27,894 nucleotides of DNA from Octopus sinensis (Eukaryota), in NCBI RefSeq assembly GCF_006345805.1, contig NW_021834128.1:1-27894 (forward strand), written 5' to 3'. Under the pieces are notes generated by a model that was not told the DNA's origin, made no database searches, and worked only from the letters and a program-made list of their open reading frames with translations. Positions 21,378 to 27,894 of the stretch are shown here, piece by piece (position 1 is the first letter of the stretch; every line of letters begins with the position of its first letter). The position numbers and the translations under genes were made by a program.

Positions 21378-22417
21378 TTATATATACATGCGTGTGTACG
21401 TATATATACGTTTTTATATATATACATATATATACGTTTATATATGTATGTGTATATATATATGTATATATATCCTTATGCATATACATATATATATATA
21501 TACAAGTATATATTTATAGATTTATATATGTGTGTATGTATGTATGTATATATATATATATATATATACATATATATACATGAGTGTGTACGTATATATA
21601 CGTTTTTATATATACACACATATATATATACGTATATATGCGTTTATATATGTATGTGTATAGATATGTATATATATATATCATTATTGCTTATGCATAT
21701 ATATAGATTATATACACTTTTTTATACAAATATGTATACATATATATTGTGTATATATATATATATTAATATATATATATATATGTATGTATAGAGAGAT
21801 AGATAGTATACTACATACATGCATACGTGCATATTTACATACAGACATACAGACATACATACATACATAAAAATATACTTATAGTTATACATATATAAAT
21901 ATGCAGATAGACAGTTAGACAGAAACGTATATATATCGAACACACGCACGCACACACACACACACATACACACACATACAGATAACAGTCGTAACAATAC
22001 TAAACAGGCGTTCGCCCATCAGTTTGCAGATCGCTGTTGTAGGGGGAGAAACTCTCACGAGTTAACCAAACACAGACATATTGCCGCCATTGCTAATACA
22101 ATTATTCTTCTCGCTGCCCGAATTTTTTCTGCATTTTGCCAATATTCAACATGTCAGTCATTCCCAGAGAAATACATTTTCTCGAGGAGAACCTCGTTAT
22201 GGTCGCTCCCGGTTGCTGGATATAAGCATTAAAGTTTCTAGAATTGTTCTCTAAGGTTTTTTTTTTCTTCAAAATGGTGGACATAAATTGTCGAATTTAA
22301 TCCTTGATATGTAAAGGAGAACGTAAAGGATGTCACGTGACGGCGGGAAGGGCCTTGGAAGTAGAATTTATTTTCTGTTTGATCTACGTTGAACTGCGAT
22401 TGAACGACCGCTTGTGC

Positions 22418-22473
22418 TATTGTTGCTGCTACTGCTTCTGCTGCTGCTGTTGCTGTTGCTGCTGCTGCTGTTG

Positions 22474-22510
<37 letters not shown>

Positions 22511-22601
22511 AACTACTACTACAACTACTACTACAATGTTACTGCTAAGGCTACTACTATTAATAATAATAATAATGATAATAATGATGATGATGATAAA
22601 G

Positions 22602-22646
<45 letters not shown>

Positions 22647-22685
22647 GTAATCATAATAATGATGATAATGATGATGATGATGATG

Positions 22686-22730
<45 letters not shown>
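22418..22730. repeat. compound (CTG)/(CTA)/(AAT)/(GAT) microsatellite
   Basis: Directly visible. Confidence 0.95.
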
Positions 22731-22732
<2 letters not shown>

Positions 22733-22938
22733 TCAGACAAATGCATAAAAAAACACCAGGACTTACAAACACATATAACATACAGAAAATTGCAATACTA
22801 GGCACTGCACACATCCTACGCAGAACACTTTCAATACAGATAACCATCAGAGCATCACAACAAATCACAGCACATACCAAGGCACCACAGACCTGCGCTC
22901 GGTAGTGAAGTGAAAGCACGAATGAAATAAAACTACTG
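22731..22938 (+). mobile_element. RLE LINE family E1 3' end
   Basis: SDKCIK..PGLTNTYNIQKIAILGTAHILRRTLSIQ (one frameshift), 3'UTR, (AAT)n on both sides. Confidence 0.8.
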
Positions 22939-22945
22939 AATAATA

Positions 22946-22996
<51 letters not shown>

Positions 22997-22997
<1 letters not shown>

Positions 22998-23502
22998 CAC
23001 TGATAAAAATGTATCTGTCAAGCCACTGATAAAATTGTATCTGTCAGGCCACTGATAAAAATGTATCTGTCAAGGCACTGATAAAAATGTAATCTCTCAA
23101 GGCCACTGAATAAAAATGTATCTGTCAAGGCACTGATAAAAATGTATCTGTCAAGGCCCGATAACAATGTATCTGTCAAGCCACTGATAAAAATGTATCT
23201 GTCAAGGCCACTGATAAAAATGTATCTGTCAAGGCCACTGATAAAAATGTATCTGTCAAGCCACTGATAAAAATGTATCTGTCAAGGCCACTGATAAAAA
23301 TGTATCTGTCAAGGCCACTGATAAAAATGTATCTGTCAAGGCCACTGATAAAAATGTATCTGTCAAGGCCACTGATAAAAATGTATCTCTCAAGGCCACT
23401 GATAAAAATGTATCTGTCAAGCCACTGATAAAAATGTATCTGTCAAGGCCACTGATAAAAATGTATCTGTCAAGGCCACTGATAAAAATGTATCTGTCAA
23501 GG
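22997..23502 (+). repeat. 19 tandem copies of a ~27 bp unit CCACTGATAAAAATGTATCTGTCAAGG
   Basis: Counted by eye; units of 24-28 bp; the last unit is the start of the LINE ORF remnant. Confidence 0.95.
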
Positions 23503-23873
23503 AATTTGACAAACTTAGTAAATATAAGACCCTGGAAATCGAAATACAGAGGATGGGAATCTTAAAACAAAACTGTATTCCTGTTATTGTAGGTGCCCTA
23601 GGTATATAAAAAAGGATGTCAGAACCCCTAGACAATATCCCTGGAAAACCATGTCTCAAGGAAATCCAAAAGATTGTGCTAAAAGTACTGCCACATCCTT
23701 AGAAAAACCCTATCATGTAAATTTTTTGGTGTTTGTATTACATGGAGATATTCTCTACTTCCCCTCCCCAAGCTTTCAGCTATATTTCAACAACTCTTAA
23801 CCTTCACTTGCCCTAGAGCGCTGGGTGTGCCCCGGCAGTGATTGCATCAACATGCATATTAAAAGTAAATGAC
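22997..23873 (+). mobile_element. 5'-truncated RLE-type (R4/Dong-like) LINE, family E2, inserted in (AAT)n
   Basis: From 23478 in one frame: TDKNVSVKEFDKLSKYKTLEIEIQRMGILKQNCIPVIVGALGI*, then after frameshifts LDNIPGKPCLKEIQKIVL..HILRKTLS; about 150 bp 3'UTR; (AAT)n on both sides. Confidence 0.85.
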
Positions 23874-23937
23874 AATGATAATAATAATAATATAATAATA
23901 ATAATAATAAATAATAATAATAATAATAATATATATA

Positions 23938-24154
23938 ATTCAGACAAATGCATAAAAAAAACAACCAGGACTACAAACACATATAACATACAGAAAATTG
24001 CACTACTAGGCACTGCACAACATCCTACGCAGAACACTTTCCATACAATAACCATCAGAGCATCACAACAAATCACAGCACATACCCCAGGCACACAGAG
24101 CTGCGCTCGGTAGTGAAGTGAAAGCACGCTATAAAAATAAAACTAAAACTACTG
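23938..24154 (+). mobile_element. RLE LINE family E1 3' end
   Basis: ORF track shows NTYNIQKIALLGTA; near identical to the reverse complement of 148-365. Confidence 0.8.
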
Positions 24155-24226
<72 letters not shown>

Positions 24227-24291
24227 TAATAATAATAATAGTAATTATGATGATGATAATGATGATGAGGATGATGATGATAATAATAATA

Positions 24292-24418
24292 ACTTTTGCT
24301 TAGAGGCAGAGGGCCTCAAATTTTGGCGGAAGGAGCAAAGCTGATTATATCAACGCCAGGATTTAACTGATACCTTGGAATTTGAACCCAGAACGTAAAG
24401 ACGGACGAAATGCCGCTA
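24292..24418 (-). mobile_element. SINE family A, diverged, internal deletion; tail is the (AAT)/(GAT) tract at 24155-24291
   Basis: Reverse complement: tagcggcatttcgtccgtctttacgttctgggttcaaattcc..gaggccctctgcctctaagcaaaag. Confidence 0.7.
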
Positions 24419-24534
24419 CTACTACTACATGGGCATTCATGCCCATGACCATGCTGTAGCACTTTTTCATTCTTATGTAATATTCTTCAATCTTTTATAT
24501 ACATTCCTCTGGACATCACATTGGAAGCGATGGC

Positions 24535-24675
24535 AGTAGTGGAGTGGTTGTGATGGTTATGCTGTCAGCGGCTGTAATCGTAGTAGTAGTAGTAGTAGTA
24601 GTAGTAATAGCAGTAGTAGTTGTAATGGTTGTGATCGTGGTAGTATTAATTTTGTGGTTGTTGTTTTTGTTATTG

Positions 24676-24707
<32 letters not shown>

Positions 24708-24956
24708 GGTGTTGGAGGTGTTGCTGGTGCTTCTGATGTTGATGTTGATGGTGATGATGGTGGGGGTGTTGGTGGTCGTAGTGATGGCGATGATGCTGGT
24801 ATTCTTGTTGTTGTTGTTGTTGGTGGCAGTGGTGTTGGTGATGGTGGTGGTGGTGGTGGTGGTGGTGGTGGTGTGGTGGTGGTGGTGGTAGCGACGGTGG
24901 TGGTGGTAGCGACGGTGGTGGCAGTGACAATGTTGATGGTGACGGTGATGGTATTC

Positions 24957-24988
<32 letters not shown>

Positions 24989-25480
24989 GATGGTGATGGT
25001 GGTGGTGGTGGTGGTGGTGGTGGTGTGGTGGTGGTGGTGGTAGCGACGGTGGTGGCAGTGACAATGTTGATGGTGACGGTGATGGTATTCTTGTTGTTGT
25101 TGTTGTTGTTGGTGGTGGTGGTGATGGTGATGGGGTGGTGGTGGTGGTGGTGGTGGTGGTAGCGACGGTGGTGGCAGTGACAGTGGTGATGGTGACGGTG
25201 ATGGTGGTGAAGGCGGTGATGATGGTAGTAGTGGTGGTCGTGGAGGCGGTGATAGTGGTGGGGATGGTGGTGGTGGCTGCTGTTGACGGTGGCAGAGACG
25301 GTAGCGTTGATGGTGATGGTTCTAACAGTTGCGGTGGCGATGATGGTGGTAGTAATGACGATGATGTTGGCAATGGCGGTGGTGATGGTGATGGTAGTGG
25401 TGCTGATAGTGTTGCAGACGGCGACGGCGGAGGCGGTGGTTAATGGTGTTTGTCGTGGTGGTGGGGTGGATGATGGTATG
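24535..25480. repeat. (GGT)/(GTT)/(GAT) low-complexity tract with a ~135-150 bp higher-order unit repeated about three times
   Basis: ggtattcttgttgttg recurs at about 24798, 24950 and 25085, each followed by (GGT)n and gtagcgacggtggtggcagtgaca. Confidence 0.85.
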
Positions 25481-25732
25481 GAGTGAGATGGTGCCGCTAC
25501 ATTTAATTCTCGATGGTTCCAAACTTTATTGTCATGTAGTCCAGAGCAAAAAAAAAACTAAAAATAGAAAAATAATTATAAAGAAAACACACAAAATATC
25601 TCTGACCAGATCCGACATATTGTAATACAACACCGTCTCTCTCTGTCTCACTCTTTCTCCCTCACTTTCTCTTTCTCTTTCGCTCTGTTTCTCTCTTTCT
25701 TTCTCTTTCTCTCGCTTTCCTTTTTCTCTGTC

Positions 25733-25765
25733 CATCTATCTGTCTATTTACCTATCTATCAATCA

Positions 25766-25824
<59 letters not shown>

Positions 25825-25849
25825 AATCAATCTATCTATCTATCTATCC

Positions 25850-25880
<31 letters not shown>

Positions 25881-25882
25881 CA
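25733..25882. repeat. (TATC)n microsatellite
   Basis: Directly visible, preceded by a (CT)-rich tract. Confidence 0.95.
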
Positions 25883-26190
25883 TCAATATATCTTGGGCGT
25901 GTATATATGCATATATGCGTATGTCTGTGCACGCAGGCACATATATACACACTTGTAAACAAAAGAGTGTCCTCTCTCTCTCTTCTATATATATACATAC
26001 ACGCATACAAATATGTATGTATACATATATATACACATATATATGTGCATATATATATATATATATTTGTATGTATATATAAAGACATATATATATATAT
26101 ATATAATATATATATATTATATTTGTATGTATATATAAACACACACATATATATATATATGTAATATATATATAATATATATATATATAT

Positions 26191-26254
<64 letters not shown>

Positions 26255-26731
26255 ATAAATTATATGTGTCTGTCTGTGAATACAAACACACACACACATT
26301 CACACAAACACCCATGCGCGCGCGCACATACACATGGATGCGTGCATTATATACCCTGATATAGTATAGCTGATAATGGGTTTACTTCGCATCATATTAC
26401 ATAAAATATTATCTGATTCAATTGAAACAATTCTCTGATTCGACCTCCGATGATTTACAATTACTATATTGGGACATATACATAAACACACACACACACA
26501 CATATAGATATAGATAGATATGTATGTGTATGTATGTGTCTGTATGCATAAATACATACACACACACACAAACACCCATTTACACACATATATATGTATG
26601 GATATGTATGTTTGTGTATGCATAAACTTATACATGCATGCATACTTATATACAGACATACATATACGTATAAAAAAATAAATACATATACATACATACC
26701 ACCTACAATATAATATATATATTACTATATA

Positions 26732-26772
<41 letters not shown>

Positions 26773-26978
26773 CACCAAATGGCGGTGCCTCAGCATACCC
26801 TCAGTTCGGGAGTTGAAACTGGTTAAATTCAAACCAATTCATAGACACACACACACGCATGCATTTATATATATCTATATAATATATATATATATAATAT
26901 AACACACACACACACAGACACACACAAACACACACACACACATACACACACACACACAAACACACACACACACCACAC

Positions 26979-27025
<47 letters not shown>

Positions 27026-27253
27026 ATATAAACACATACATATGTATATTTATGTATATATGTTAAATGAAATTAGACAACAAAGCCAAGGCTGTGTGGA
27101 ATTTTCTGGACAAAAGGAATGCAACGCAAGTTAAACTGAATTCCACCCATAAGGGACTGTAACAGGTTGGGTCGAAACGACCCTTGTACGAAATAAAGAT
27201 TGATACCAACTCAACATTATTATTATTTACAATTTTTACAATTTTACAATATT

Positions 27254-27391
27254 CTTTACTACTCTAGGCACCAGCCTTGAAATTTTATGGGAGGGGAGCA
27301 GTCGATTAGATCGACCCCAGTACGCAACTGGTACTTAATTTATCGACCCCGAAAGGATGAAAGGCAAAGTCGACTTCGGCGGAATTTGAAC
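27254..27391 (-). mobile_element. SINE family A, 5'-truncated at the B box, with perfect 16 bp TSD
   Basis: ACAATTTTACAATATT at 27238-27253 and 27392-27407; body close to the family pattern. Confidence 0.92.
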
Positions 27392-27592
27392 ACAATTTTA
27401 CAATATTATAATAATATAATATTATACATTTACTGTGATGAAACTAGTACTTTCATGCGTTACGCGATCATTAGGTTTATGTAGTAGTAATAGTGACAGT
27501 CGTGTTCAGCAATTGACAATTGCAGTGAAATGGTTAGATTTATCCTTCAAATACTCTCTGATGGGTTCCATCCGGCTGAATCTTACGAACTT

Positions 27593-27791
27593 TATTTTGA
27601 TCAATCAGTATGTGGCTTATACGTCACGGTTTGCTGAGCGCGCCAATTAATGTTCGGATTGTATTTCGACCAATCAGTGTGTGTCTTAGATGTCACGGTT
27701 TGGCGATTGTGACAACTTGGTTAGCATTTATCTCACTTCTTTCAACGAAATGTTTTGGCCAATTGGTGAGCGACTTAGACGTCACAGTTTG
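27593..27791 (+). repeat. three spaced imperfect 41 bp direct repeats carrying CCAAT and GACGTCAC-like motifs
   Basis: 27593-27633, 27662-27702 and 27751-27791 align without gaps; spacers are 28 and 48 bp. Confidence 0.8.
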
Positions 27792-27894
27792 GTGGGCACG
27801 TCAGGAATTCTTTACTTTGACCGCACATAAAGAAATAATTGTTTGGCTATATTTAGGAATGGTGTAAACATCATTCCTGCTTTCATTGAATTCT

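Noticed and set aside
21980-22410. Unique CpG-containing island with GATATAAG, possible promoter or exon
   Set aside because: No recognisable protein motif or supportable splice-site pair; the same applies to 16200-16980 and 19800-20280. Needs RNA-seq.
22418-22560. polyQ/polyA-like (CTG)/(CTA) run as a coding exon
   Set aside because: Continuous with non-coding compound microsatellite and flanked by retroelement debris.
22997-23502. CRISPR-like array
   Set aside because: The 27 bp units are contiguous with no spacers, are LINE coding sequence, and the context is eukaryotic with no cas genes.
18-27037. Dozens of ORFs rich in I, Y, V, C, H, T, M, N (e.g. 851-1267, 17557-18156, 24516-25373)
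   Set aside because: They are translations of di-, tri- and tetranucleotide repeats, open only because the repeats lack stops in those frames.
27150-27190. GGGTCG-AAA-CGACCC hairpin containing GAAAC, as a hammerhead or terminator
   Set aside because: No CUGANGA box upstream and no U-tract; a 6 bp stem can occur by chance.
27593-27791. Repeat-spacer-repeat pattern as CRISPR
   Set aside because: Only three diverged repeats, unequal spacers, no cas context.

Overview
This is AT-rich eukaryotic non-coding DNA made almost entirely of microsatellites and short retroposons. The repeat families and the (TA)/(TG)/(AAT)/(GATA) density look like an octopus (coleoid cephalopod) genome, which is my recognition and not a database result. 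I cannot support any intact host gene; nearly all ORFs in the track are translations of simple repeats. The recognisable content is: (1) about 25 copies or fragments of tRNA-derived SINEs from several families that swap body and tail modules; (2) 3' ends of at least three, possibly four, restriction-like-endonuclease (RLE, R4/Dong-like) non-LTR retrotransposon families stacked in (AAT)n tracts; (3) a Penelope-type fragment with a minimal hammerhead ribozyme fold; (4) a Helentron/DINE-1-like non-autonomous element; (5) a ~145 bp foldback; (6) two microsatellite-bounded tandem duplications. The most unusual feature is at 22997-23873: a 5'-truncated RLE LINE whose first 27 nt are reiterated 19 times exactly at the insertion junction. 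Also notable are a 128 bp duplication flanking one SINE, a SINE trimer inside one apparent target-site duplication (TSD), and three spaced 41 bp CCAAT+GACGTCA repeats near the window end. Scattered 1 bp indels suggest imperfect long-read consensus, so some duplications may be assembly artefacts. SINE family letters and LINE labels E1-E4 are my own working names.
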